Positions 27,084 through 38,370 of a DNA stretch of 64,000 nt are shown here, one piece after another; positions within the stretch are counted from its first letter, which is position 1, and each line of letters begins with the position of its first letter. The position numbers were made by a program, and so were the translations under genes. Below the pieces are notes generated by a model that did no database searches, was not told the origin of the DNA, and was given only the letters and a program-made list of their open reading frames with translations. The stretch lies in assembly GCF_016433145.1 (NCBI RefSeq), contig NC_058135.1, forward strand, positions 288,185,810-288,249,809, given 5' to 3'. Source of the stretch: Gracilinanus agilis. Its lineage: Eukaryota.

Positions 27084-30000
27084 TCAGTGAGAGGCAGGGG
27101 ACTCCAGCTTCTGCAGGCGGCGGCGGCGGAGCTCCACCGTGTTGGGCTCCCCATCTTCGCTCAGCTCCTCTGCCCCAATAGACTCTACAATTGGAAGACA
27201 GGAGAGATCCAGGCCATGCTGGAGCCAGGTGCTCCCCACCCACCCCGTCCAGGAGATTCCTTACCTGGATCTGGCTGCAGCTGTGTTGTGTCAGGGGGGA
27301 GTGGGGACTCTCCCGGTGAGGGGGGTGTCGCCTCAGAGCTGGGGATGCTGCTGGAAGAGGATGCTGCTGCTGCAGCAGCCATTGTAGATGCCTCAGGAGG
27401 ACTGGCAGGAGCAGGAGGTCGGGGAGGGCTGAGGAAGGAGCCAGAGAAAGGTGATCATTGGGCCGGCAAGCCAGGTCCTGGCCCCCAGCAGCCCCGCCCT
27501 GCCCTGCTCTGCCCAGGGGCCTTACCCCAGAGAGGCCAGCACAGTGAGGTACTGGTTAATCTGCAGCATGGCAGCGTCTAGCAGGGTGTGGATGTTTCGA
27601 AGGCTTTGGAGTCGAGCTTCCAGATGCTGCCGCTCATGGCCCTCCAGGGCCTGTAGCTCCTCAGGAGTCAGGCCTGCAAAGCCTGCTGGGGGTACTGGCA
27701 TAGGGGGGAACCCTGTAGAGTAAGAAGAGGATGTACCAAAGATACTCAACGCAGGCCCCAAAGAGGGAACCAAAGGATCCCCAACCCAAAAAACTTAGTC
27801 TAGGAGGGCTTTCACTTACCAAACGGTGGAGGCAGGGGCATGCCCATCCAGGGAGGAGGGAAGGGAAAGCCAGGAGCCGGAGCGGCCTCAGAGACAGACC
27901 CACTGGGCCGAGGGGCATTGGCTAGGAAAAGCAGGCACACAAACTATCAGAGATACATTCAAGATTCTACCAGGCTCTCCTCCCCAACCCCCCCCACACC
28001 AGGGAAAACAGGAGCAGTTCCCATTTGCCCTTCCAGGTCCAGGGCTCAGGAACCCAGGCTCCCTTCTCCCCCAAAGAATAAGCCCAGATCAACACCCATC
28101 AAGACCAACCTCAATCTAGGAGACAAAACTGCTTTCTGACTCAACCCAACTCACTTGAGGCGGAAGGTGAGGAAGGAGGGACATCTGCATTGCTGGGGGG
28201 AGGCATAGGAGGAAAGGGGCCCATGGGGGGCCACAAGGGGAACATCCCAGGAGGAAATGGAGGCAGGAGGCCTTGGGGAACTGCAATGAGAAGGAGACAG
28301 TATGAAGTCAAAAAGGATTGGGGCCTAGAAAAGCTAACCCCCCAAGGTGAAAAGTTTGAGAGGCAACACTGGGAATGCATGGATGGCCTCTCCCTGAAAT
28401 AGGTGGAAGTTCAGGGTCTGTGGAGACCTGAGATACTTACAGTTGGGGGGTGGGGGGATGATGGGGGGCTGGTGTGGAGCAGGGGGAGGGCCCTGCTCAG
28501 GAGGCTCTGGGGCTGGTGGGGACTGGACAGGAAGCGAAGCTCGCAGGACATCCATTCGGCAGGTGGGGCAGGTTTGCTGCCGCTGGAACCAGGATCGCAG
28601 GCAGCTGCAGAGGTAGAATCCAAGGCAGAAGGAACACTGAGGCCTGGCCTCTGCCTCTTCCCTTGGCTCAGGAAGCCAGTGCCAGCCCTGTCACCTTACC
28701 TGGTATGGAAGATATGGTTGCAGGGAAGCCTCTTGGCACCAGTCACCATTTCTTCTCTGCAGATGATGCAGACATTGTCCATAGCCTGGAGCTCCTCAGG
28801 GGTGGCATCTGGGTACCTGAAGAAGGAGCAGCCCAGGTAAGCCAGAGCCTTTGGGGCCAGGGTCTAGAAGGGAGGAGCCTGCAAGCGCACAGGGGAGGAC
28901 TCACAGTGTGTTCATGTTTCGGATGGCCCGGCGAGACATGATAGCATCTGTCACTGCCTTCTTAAACTGCCTGAAATGACAGGGTGGGTCTGTCAGCTCC
29001 CCAGCAGCAACCTCCTTTGGTCAAGGGCACTCCCCCAGGGCACAAGCATCCTCAGAGCCTTACTCTCTGACCCGTGGCCAAGTTTTATGGATCATCTTCC
29101 CCAACCCTCTTGCACCTGTCCCCTTCTCTTCACTTGCCTTGTTTAGGCCCACATCCCTTCATCCTCAGCTGATCTCTTGGCCTTCCAAGGGGTCTCCCTG
29201 TTACCCTCTACACAGAGCTTCCTTAAGAATAGGTCTGACCAGGTGCTATTTTACTGTTCCTGAGTCCTCTGGGACTCCCTACTACAAAAGTCTTTGCCCT
29301 CACAGAGCTCCCGGGATGAGAGCAGAAGGCCTAGGAAAGCCTACCTCATGGCCAGGTACATGGGCCGGATGGCAAAAAGTGGGAAGGTGTGCACCTTGAT
29401 CATGATGGTCATGAAGGCCATGTAGAGAAGGACTTTGATGAAGCCTGAAGAAGGAAAGGCACATGGAGAGGCCCCAAGGTTGTTGTAAAGCCTTATCCCA
29501 CAGCCACCAGAGAAGGGATCAAGGACCTCACCTGTGAACAACTCCGTGTAGAGCATGTAGACAGCCTTGTTGTCCCAGGGGTTCTCGTTCTGGAGATCGA
29601 TTGAATGCAGAACATATTTGATGAAGATTGTAAGAACCATCGTCATCAGGATGGCGTACTGAGATGGGAAAGAGGATAGACGGCATCAGAGAAGGTCCAC
29701 TTGTACCCTTTGGGCCACCCCTCCTGCCACTTCAGCCTCATCAATACCTCAAAGCCAAAGACCAGCTGCACGGAGGCCCCCCGGGTCAGGATGCTGTGAT
29801 AGGCATGATTGACAAAGAGGAAGTCCAGAGCACCCAAGAGGAGCATGAGGGCTATAGGGGATCAAGAGAAGTCATAAGGTGGGGGAAAGCACAGGTCATT
29901 TGGGGCTGGTTTCCTTTTCTAAGATGTTTCGGCACTGGCACTAATTTTAGAGGAACTAGGAGCCCCAGGTGCCCTTTGGGAACCCCCAGCCTACCCTGGA

Positions 30001-31067
30001 GAGGAACAGCAACAGCCCAGAGTTCTGGGTAAGGAGGCAGAACATGAGGAAGTCTCTTGGGACTTATGACAGTTGACATGCCCTGGAGCAGAACAGGGCA
30101 AGGAGAGAGAATGCAAATGAACTTCTCAAATTATCTTTCTGGTTCAGCTGCATGTTCTAAGAGGCAGCAGAAATTGAGCCCTGTCCTTGGTACCATTCAC
30201 AGGGATGATAGATGGGGATGTTGAACCTTCCCTTCTCAACTTCTAGAGGGCAACAAATCCACCAATCCCTCCTTTTCCCCCTTTCTGGCTTAGTGTCACC
30301 CCATTCCTCTATCAAGAAGCCACTCACAGACAATCCGGCAGTGAAAGAGCCAGGAGATGTTTGGGCTGCGCTCCATCTGGGCAAGAAGAGCAGAGGACTA
30401 TTAGAAAATTCCCCTTTTCTCTTCCCTAGCAGCTGTGCCCCAAACTCGCAACAGTTGTGATTCCCATCTTGTGTCTTCAGCTCCCCCTCCCTACTAGGTT
30501 GGCATCCCCCACCCCCACTCACAAAATCGACCCGATCCTCAGCCAGCCAGTGGAAACACTTGAGGAAGAGGAGGAGGGTGAAGAGCGCCACGAACCGGGG
30601 GCTGAAGTCATCCCGAAAGACGGTGAAGGCCAGGCAGGTTTCTGTGACAGCGTACCAGGAGCGCTCCAGGAGGTGCTGGGAGGGAGAGGTTCTGCTGGTA
30701 TTGTGCTGCCCCCGTCCCCCTGCGCGCTCCCCTTCCCCTTGTCCCCTCTCTCCTCACCTCCATCTCGGCCGCTCGCAGCTGCCCGAAAAACACTTTGCCC
30801 ATCACCTTGCCCAGGAGGAAGACAAGTACGAAGGCCTGGATGTATAGGACCTGGGGAGTGGAGGTGCGGGCCTCAGTAGCCGCCCGTCCCCGCCGCCCCA
30901 CTCCCCCTGCCCCTTCCCCACTCGCAGTCACTCACGGCCATGCTCGGGCTGGACTTGGTCAGGTAGACCACGGTGGGGTAGAACTGGTGCTTGAGGTAGT
31001 AGGCGTGGGCCACCACCGCCCCGGTCAGCGCCAGGCTGGCCGCCATCATCACGGCCGTGCGGAACAT
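27084..31067 (-). CDS. SYVN1: E3 ubiquitin-protein ligase synoviolin (HRD1), 594 aa
   Basis: Coding exons 31067-30936, 30850-30758, 30675-30523, 30376-30328, 29851-29748, 29658-29532, 29444-29345, 28970-28905, 28816-28700, 28604-28441, 28280-28155, 27921-27820, 27712-27526, 27428-27265, 27184-27084; 1785 nt. Starts MFRTAVMMAASLALTG; RING-H2 [33 protein letters not shown]; ends ELRRRRLQKLESPASH. Confidence 0.98.
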
Positions 31068-31245
31068 GGCCCCGGCCGGGACACCTGCGGGAGGACAGGG
31101 GTGTGAGTGGCCTCGCGAGGCGCACGTGTCCGGCCCGGTGGGGGGGGCGGCGGAGCGGCGGGGAGCGTCCCGGTTGGGACGGACCCCAGCCCCTCCTTGG
31201 CGTTCCGGGCCCCGCGCTCCGCTCCCAGCCCCGGCCAGCACTCAC

Positions 31246-31433
31246 CGGGACGGAGCTCAGGGCTCCCGAGCCCGCTGGTCCCGCGGCGGCGAAGGAAGCG
31301 GCTGCGATAACCCAGGGAACAGCGGGAAAGCGCTGACGGGGACCGTGACGGGGGCGGCGGCGGATCCACCAGTTAACAACACTCCCCACCCCCTCCGGGC
31401 CGGAAGTGAGAGCCGCAGACACCTCACTTCCGG
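31246..31433 (-). other. SYVN1: SYVN1 non-coding exon 1 / proximal promoter with paired ETS sites
   Basis: CCG|GTGAGT donor at 31245; CCGGAAGT 31400-31407 and ACTTCCGG 31426-31433. Exact TSS unknown. Confidence 0.7.
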
Positions 31434-31931
31434 CCGCTCGGAGCGGCAGGGTGGGACATACCAAATGCACCAGCCCCCGTTACCCGCCGACACCGAGGAA
31501 CCCTTTTTGGATCTGAGCTTAATGGGGACTTGGGGCGCCGCGGATAGGGGATAGGGGAGTGGAGGGGCACCTCGGGGACCGGACGTAGGTTCTGGGGGCG
31601 TCGGGCGTCCCCCGTCTCCTAGGTCACACATGGTATCATCCGGATGGCCAGGAGGAGGATTCTACACCAAGATGACCAGCGGGGGGGCCCCCCTCCCGGT
31701 GCGCTGTACGCGGACTGAACCATTCCGAGGGGTGTACGGCCAAGGGGATTGAGATGGGACAATTCAGGGGAGGGAAGGAAGAAGGGAGAATGAGGCTTAC
31801 AAGACCAAGAAAAACACGTAAAAGGTTTCAGCGAGCGCGTTCCCCTTGGGGGACGAAACAGCGTTCTTCTCGCCAGGAGAATATCAGTATCGCCAGCTCC
31901 CCACTTAGGTCTGTGGAGTGAGATGGGTCGC

Positions 31932-31950
31932 CGTGGCTGTCTTTGATTGG
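31932..31950 (-). promoter_or_regulatory. ER stress response element (ERSE-I)
   Basis: Minus strand reads CCAAT-caaagacag-CCACG, an exact CCAAT-N9-CCACG consensus. Confidence 0.85.
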
Positions 31951-31962
31951 GGAGGTTGGGGC

Positions 31963-31974
31963 ACGCGGACCAAT
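31963..31974 (-). promoter_or_regulatory. UPRE-II element
   Basis: Minus strand reads ATTGGTCCGCGT, matching the UPRE-II sequence I recall being described for the human HRD1 promoter. Confidence 0.75.
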
Positions 31975-33297
31975 AAAAAAAGGTTAAACCCACAAACCAA
32001 TAGGAAAAGCGGGCTTCGCTCAGCTGTTGCTAAGAGGAACGACTCTGGAAGCCAAGCCAACTGTCAACACGGGAGAAAGACGCACAGGGCGGGGGCGTGG
32101 CCGCCGCGGTGGTGATGGTAGTGGGGAAAGATAGAGGATCTGCAAACCTGGGCTGCGCAGGACTGCTGGTCCTTACCGTGGGCAGCGCCTCCTGACTACG
32201 TGACCTTAAGCCTGAAAGGCTCCCCTCCGCCCCGTTTGCCCCCAGGCAACAAAGCCTCAGTGCCCAGCTCCTCCAGGTCTTGCACTTCTCTAGTCACTGC
32301 CCCTTCGGTTGGGAGGGGCAGGAGGAGGGGGAGTGGCTGGGCGTCTATTCCCTACATTAGGGAATGGGATCCCCTGCCGCCCCGCAAAGAGGCTACTGGG
32401 AAACAAAGTATTCTCGGAGGAAAAGGTCTTGGTTGTTACTTATAGCGCCCCTGGGGGTCCGTGCAGTCCAGCTCTTAACCTGGGCCCACAGGCTCCCCAG
32501 CATCAGCAGGGACTGCCCAGGCGGACTGGATCCCTACTGGAGTCGATATTCGAACCCAGCAAGAATAACTTTCTTTGCCTGGACTCCGCTGTTTGTCCCT
32601 GGGCTCTACAGGGGGTCTCACTGGGTGCTCCTACTGCCTTTGCTGGAACTGTCTGCCTCCCCACCACTGTTCTATCTACCCAATGCGATTTTAGCTAAAA
32701 CAGGGTGAAAGGGGAGGGTGGGTATCTCTCTAGAATAGATATTGAGTCAGGGACCAGAGGCAGAATGACTGGCTTGAGTTCTGTCAGTAGGAGCCTGGCT
32801 ATAACCATGAGGCTACTGTCAAATGTGGGAGGGGGCATTAAAGGGATTGGGGGAGATGTGAGGTCATTGCCACCAGGGGCAAAGGGAGATGCCCTATCCA
32901 GATGGTATCTGGTGAGCTGGCAGAAACAGTTTGTCTTTCCAAAGTTCCTGGTGACATCAGATTTGGGAAGAGGCTACCTGGCTCCTTCTCCTGAAGAGGA
33001 GGAAAAGAGCAAGCACTTAGAACCCGGAATGAATGCTCAGAGAACAAAGTGAAAGATTTGCTTAGGGGGAAAGGAACAACTGTGTACTCTTAAGTAGTAC
33101 TGGGCCTACGCCTTCCCTCAGGTGTGGGGCAAGGCCCTGACTTGGGGATCTTCTCAGGACAGGACCCAGGGCCCCCTGGGAAGGGCGTGAAATGTAGACT
33201 GAGTGTGTCTTGAAGCCCAGTAGTTAGAGCAAGCATCTTATCTTGCTTCTGAATGGAGGGGGCTTAGAGGAAACCTTGGAGCAGGGGGTCTTAACCA

Positions 33298-33298
<1 letters not shown>

Positions 33299-33326
<28 letters not shown>
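33299..33326 (+). repeat. (TG)n microsatellite
   Basis: ~14 perfect units. Confidence 0.95.
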
Positions 33327-33328
<2 letters not shown>

Positions 33329-33379
33329 ACGTAATGAAGCCTTCTCAGAATAATAAGGATAATTATTATAGGAAAATAA

Positions 33380-35385
33380 TGGAACACTTCACAGAATGTT
33401 TTAAAATGCACAAAGTAAAAGCCTAGATAACATATTTCAAGAAATTATCCTTGAGAACTGCCCTGATTTCCTTGAATAAGAGGACAAAATAGAGATTGAA
33501 AGAATCCACAGATCACCTCCTGCAATAAATCCCCAAATGACAACTCCCAGGAATGTTAGAGCCAAGTTGAAGAGCTCCCAGGACAAGGAGAAAATAGTGC
33601 AAGCAGCCAGAAAAAACCCAATTCAGCTATCATGGAGCCCCAGGCAGGATTATACAGGATCTGGCAGCTTCCATATTGAAGGACCAGAAGACTTGGAATA
33701 TGATATTTCAGAAGGCAAAGGAACAGGCTACAACCAAGAATAACATATCCATCAAAACTGACTATATTTTTTTCAGAGGAAAGTATGGTCATTTAATAAA
33801 ATAGAAGGGGCAGCTAGGTGGCTCAGTGGATTGAGAGCCAGGTCCTAGGTTCGAATCTGATCTCAGATACTTCTTAGATGTGTGACCCTGAGCAAGTCAC
33901 TTAACCCTCATTGCCTAGCCCTTACCACTCTTCTGCCTTAGAACCAATACAGAGTATTGATTCTAAGGTGGAAAGTAAGGGTCATATTAAAAAAATAAAA
34001 TAGATTTCCAAGCATTCCTGAAGAAAAGATAAGGCATAAAATGTATAAAGGAAAATATATAAAATTACAAAGGAAACCAACTATATCTTTTAAAACAACC
34101 TTTAGAAGTTTTTTCACTTGTAGAAACACTGAAAGGAATATTCCTGAAGTCTTGTGTTTGCAAAAACTCAAGAGTTTCTTTGGGTAGGGTAGGGATGTGC
34201 TGTGCATATATATATAACTTAACATTCAACACAAAGATGAGCTTTTCTGGGTAGAGAGGCCCATAGCCAATAAAGCATTTGGAGCAAGATGTAAGATGGA
34301 TAATTTTGATTACATCAAATTAAAAAGTTTTTGTACAAACCAAAGAAGGCAAGCAAGATTAGAAGGAAAGCAGGAAAGGGGAGTGAGTATTACAGCAAAT
34401 TTTGCTGACAAAGGCCTCATTTCTCAAATATAGAGAAAACTGAATGAAATTTATATAATCGTTCATTCTCCAGTTGATAAATGGTCAAAGAGGCAGTTTT
34501 CAGATGAAATCAAAGCTATCTCTACATGAAAAAAATGCTCTAAATCACACTTGATTAGAGAAATGCAAATTAAAACATCTCTGAAATACCTCCTCCCACC
34601 TATCAGATTAGTGGATATGACAGAAAAGAAAAATGACAAATGTTGGAGGGGCTATGAAAAAATTTGGACACTAATGCACTGTTTGTGGAGTTGTGAACTG
34701 TTCAACCATTCTGGAGAATGATTTGGAACTATTGCCAAAGAGCTATAAAACTGTTCAAACCTTTTCACCCAGAAGTATCATTACTTGGTCTATATCCCAA
34801 AAAGTAAAGGACCTCTTTGTACAGAAATATTTATAGTAGCTCTTTTTGTGGGGTCCAAGAATTAGACATTGAGGAGATGCCCCTGACTTGAGGAATGGCT
34901 GAACAAGTTGTGGTATATGATTGTGATGGAATATTACTGTGTTATAGGAAATGATGAGCAAGAGGCTTTTGGAAAAATCTGGGAAAACTTACATGAATTG
35001 ATGCAAAGTAAAATGAGTAGAACCAGGAGAACATTGTATACAACAACAATATGGTGTGATGATTGATTGTGCATGACTTGGCTATTCTCAGCAATAGTGA
35101 TCCAAGTCAATTCCAAAGACTTTGTGATGAAAAATGCTATACAACTCCAGAGAAAGAACTAATGGAGTCTTAAGTGCATAATGAAGCTTATTTTTCTTTT
35201 ACTTTTTCTTTTAGTCTCTGTTTTCCTTTGCAAAATGGTTAATATGTAAATATTTTGCATGACTGCATATGTATAATTTATATTAAATTGTTTGCCTTCT
35301 CTACAAAGTGGGAGGGAGGGAGAGAATTTGGCACTCAAAATTAAAAACAAATGTTTACAATTCTTGTTTACATGTAATTGAGAAT
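33380..35385 (+). mobile_element. Fragmented L1 (ORF1 part, ORF2 3' end and 3' UTR) with a nested SINE at ~33807-33992
   Basis: ORF1-like MTTPRNVRAKLKSSQDKEKIVQAARK; ORF2-like GACAAAGGCCTCATTTCTCAAATATAGAG and GAAATGCAAATTAAAAC; A-rich 3' end. Confidence 0.85.
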
Positions 35386-35854
35386 AAAAAAATGAAACGA
35401 CAGTGAAATATTTGAAAAATTCAAGGAAGGGAAGAAGTGGCCCAGGTCATACTAACACAAATAGACAAAGAGAAGGAGTGAACCCAAAGCACTTGAGATG
35501 ACATCTGGTAAAGCTTTTACAGGAGGCAAGAAGACTGTTAGCAGAGCATGTTTTTGTTGCTTATCACTAGCATTACATGAGTGAGGCTAGTACCACCTGT
35601 GCTGACAGGTTATTAAGGAGGCAAAGGGTTAAAAAGAGCAATAAAACTAGAGGAAGAGGACAGGTCAGATGATGTGTCAATCCCCTATCTCCCCTGGCTG
35701 ACCAGTTACTCAAGAGGCTGAGAAAGAGAAGAGCAATAAAACCAGAGGAAGAGGACAGGTGGAACACATTTGAGCCCTTTAGAGCCTGCAGACAACTACA
35801 CATTCATATCACACAACGTGTTCTTGGATACAGTGACATCAGCATTCTTCCTTC

Positions 35855-36010
35855 TTTCCTTGTATCTTAGTATCAATTCTAAGACAGAAAAGCAGCAAGG
35901 ATTAGACAATTGGGGTTAAGTGAATTGCCCAGGGATACAATGGAAATGTTTGAGGTCACATTTGAACCTAGGTTCTCCTGATTTCCAGGTCTGGAACTTT
36001 ATCCATCATA
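35855..36010 (-). mobile_element. SINE1-like SINE (older)
   Basis: TTCTAAGACAGAA..GGGGTTAAGTGA.TTGCCCAGG..TTTGAACCTAGG antisense signature. Confidence 0.7.
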
Positions 36011-36479
36011 CTACCTACTTACTCCCAAAGATTTCTAAAACAGGATATCCCCACAGAATTTTCATTCTTCAAGCAGAGGAATTAATAAATTTGTGTCAGA
36101 TTTTTTTGGACAAAATGGAGAGTACTGATCATTTTTTCTGCATGATCATTAGCCTAATGAAAGGTTATGAAGGGTCTAAAAACTGGAATTTTTAGCACTG
36201 TCTGCTTCTTGTTCACACCATTCTGTCATTGTCCCTGAAGAAATAACTTGCCTCCTCTAAACCATCCCCTTTGTGGAAGGGGCATTGGCTGTCACCTGAG
36301 TTCACTCCTATCTTCCTAATCCTTTGTCCCCTATAGCCTGAGTTCTGAGTAAGCCTACTTATGCAAAAACTCCCTATATCTCAAACTTATGTTCTAGTGG
36401 AGTACAAGTAGAATGTATAAGTATCTCAATGTTTATCATATCAAGGAATCAGAGATGGAAAGCTTCTCAGTGATTATCT

Positions 36480-38370
36480 AAATACTTCAAAAAAGGAACC
36501 AAAAAGGTGGTTGTCCAGTCTTAGCCTGGAGACCCCCGAGGAGGGGGACCTATCAGCTTCTGAGGAGACCCCTCCACTCTGCTACACCTCTGATTGTTAG
36601 CAAATTGTTCTTGACATAGAACTGCCTCTTTGCAAATCTCCTACCCCCACTACTGTTGGTTCTGACTTCTAAGACCAAATGAAGTTGAGACTTTCTTCCA
36701 CAATAGCCCTTCAAATACTTTAAGAGAGCTCTCATGTTCCCCTTGAATCTTCTCCAGGCTACACATGCCCACTTCACAGGAAATGGACTTGAGGCTCTCT
36801 GCCATCTTGATTTTCCTCCTCTGTTCTCTAACATATGAATGTGTTTCCTAAAGAATGGTGACCAGATTGAACACAATAATCCAGATGAGGGCTGAAGAGA
36901 GTTGAAGTCAGTGGTATTCTCACCTCCCCTACACCTGGAAGCTGTGCTCCCGTTATAGTAATGATTAAGATGCTCCTAACTTTTTTGGCTGCCACATCAC
37001 TCAGTGCATTGAAACCTCCAGACATTTCCTTAACTGCTGTTTGTCTGTGCTTGCCTTCCTCATAGTATTCTTGGGAAGCAGATGTTGTTTGTACCCAAGG
37101 GCAAGATTTTATATTCAGCTCTACTGAATTCCATCTTATTAGCTTTATCCCAGTGCTCATGCCTGTCAATATCTTTTTGGATCCTGATTCTGTCATCCTC
37201 TGTGTTAGCTACCCCTTCCAGCTGTGTCAAACTGCAAAATGATGGATATATCATCTGTGCCCTCATGGAAGTCCTTAATAAAAATAAGAAAAAAAACCAG
37301 GACCAAATGCAGATCCCCAGGGCCCTGAGACATCCAGCCATGCTGACAAAGAACCAATAGCAAGTCCTCTCAGAACAAGCATGGGCAGGGGGCAGCTGGG
37401 TAGCTCAGTGGATTGAGAGCCAGGCCTAGAGACGGGAGGTCCTAGGTTCAAATCTGGCCTCAGATAACTTCCCAGCTGTGTGACCCTGGGCAAGTCACTT
37501 GACCCCCCCATTGTCTACCCTGACCACTCTTCTGCCTTGGAGCCAATACACAGTATTGACTCCAAGATGGAAGGTGAGTGTTTAAAAAAAAAAAAAAGAA
37601 CAAGCATGGGCCCCAAAGACTCCAAAGTGAGAGGGAGAAGATTCACAAGGGTGGAACACTACGTATGATACAATGTATTAATTGGTTTCACTAATTTTTC
37701 TCTTTAAGAAAAAATTGTTGTATGTGATGGTTCTCTAGAAGGAAGAAGAGGGATTCAGGGACAAATTTAGGCAATGTAAAAACCAAGCAAGTCAACAAAA
37801 ACTTTTTTTAAAAACAGGAGCCGTCGCTCTCTCAGTCTAGTCATCCAACCAGTCCTGAACCCATGATTATGGTATCATTTAATCCTTCGCTCTCCATTTT
37901 CTCCACAAGAATACTATGAAATGACTTATCAAAAGCTTTGCTCAAGTCTAGGTAAACTGTATTGATAGTATCTCTCATCAATCCTGTCAAAAAAGGAGCT
38001 GAAGTTAGCCCGATAGGACCTGTTCTTGAGGAAGACATGCTGGCCCTTGGTGAACAGTCCTTTCCCCTAAAAAACAACAAACAACCAAAAACAAAACTAA
38101 CACAAAAAACCACTTTACATTCTATCTTAGAATCAATACTAAATTTCGGTTCCAGGGCAGAAGAGCAGTAAGGGCTAGGCAATTGGGGTTAAATGATTTT
38201 CCCAGGGTTATACAGCTAGGATGTATTCGAGATCACATTTGAACCCAGGACCTCTCATCTCCAGAAGCATCTCTTTGGTGACCCAATCTAAGATGTTTCC
38301 AGGAATGAAATTAAAATTCACTGGTCAGAGTTTGCAGATTCCATTCTGTACCTGTTCTTAAAAACATCTT
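36480..38370 (-). mobile_element. L3/CR1 LINE fragments interrupted by SINEs
   Basis: Antisense peptides PHLDYCVQ, LKYLKG and RT-like VYLDLSKAFDK.FHSILVEKM, typical of CR1/L3 ORF2. Confidence 0.8.
37388..37597 (+). mobile_element. Young SINE1_Mdo-like SINE
   Basis: Full-length with poly(A); TSD AGAACAAGCATGGGC. Confidence 0.92.

Noticed and set aside
32309-32708. 114-129 aa plus-strand ORFs upstream of SYVN1
   Set aside because: No recognisable homology or splice structure, and not evidently retained in the duplicated copies.
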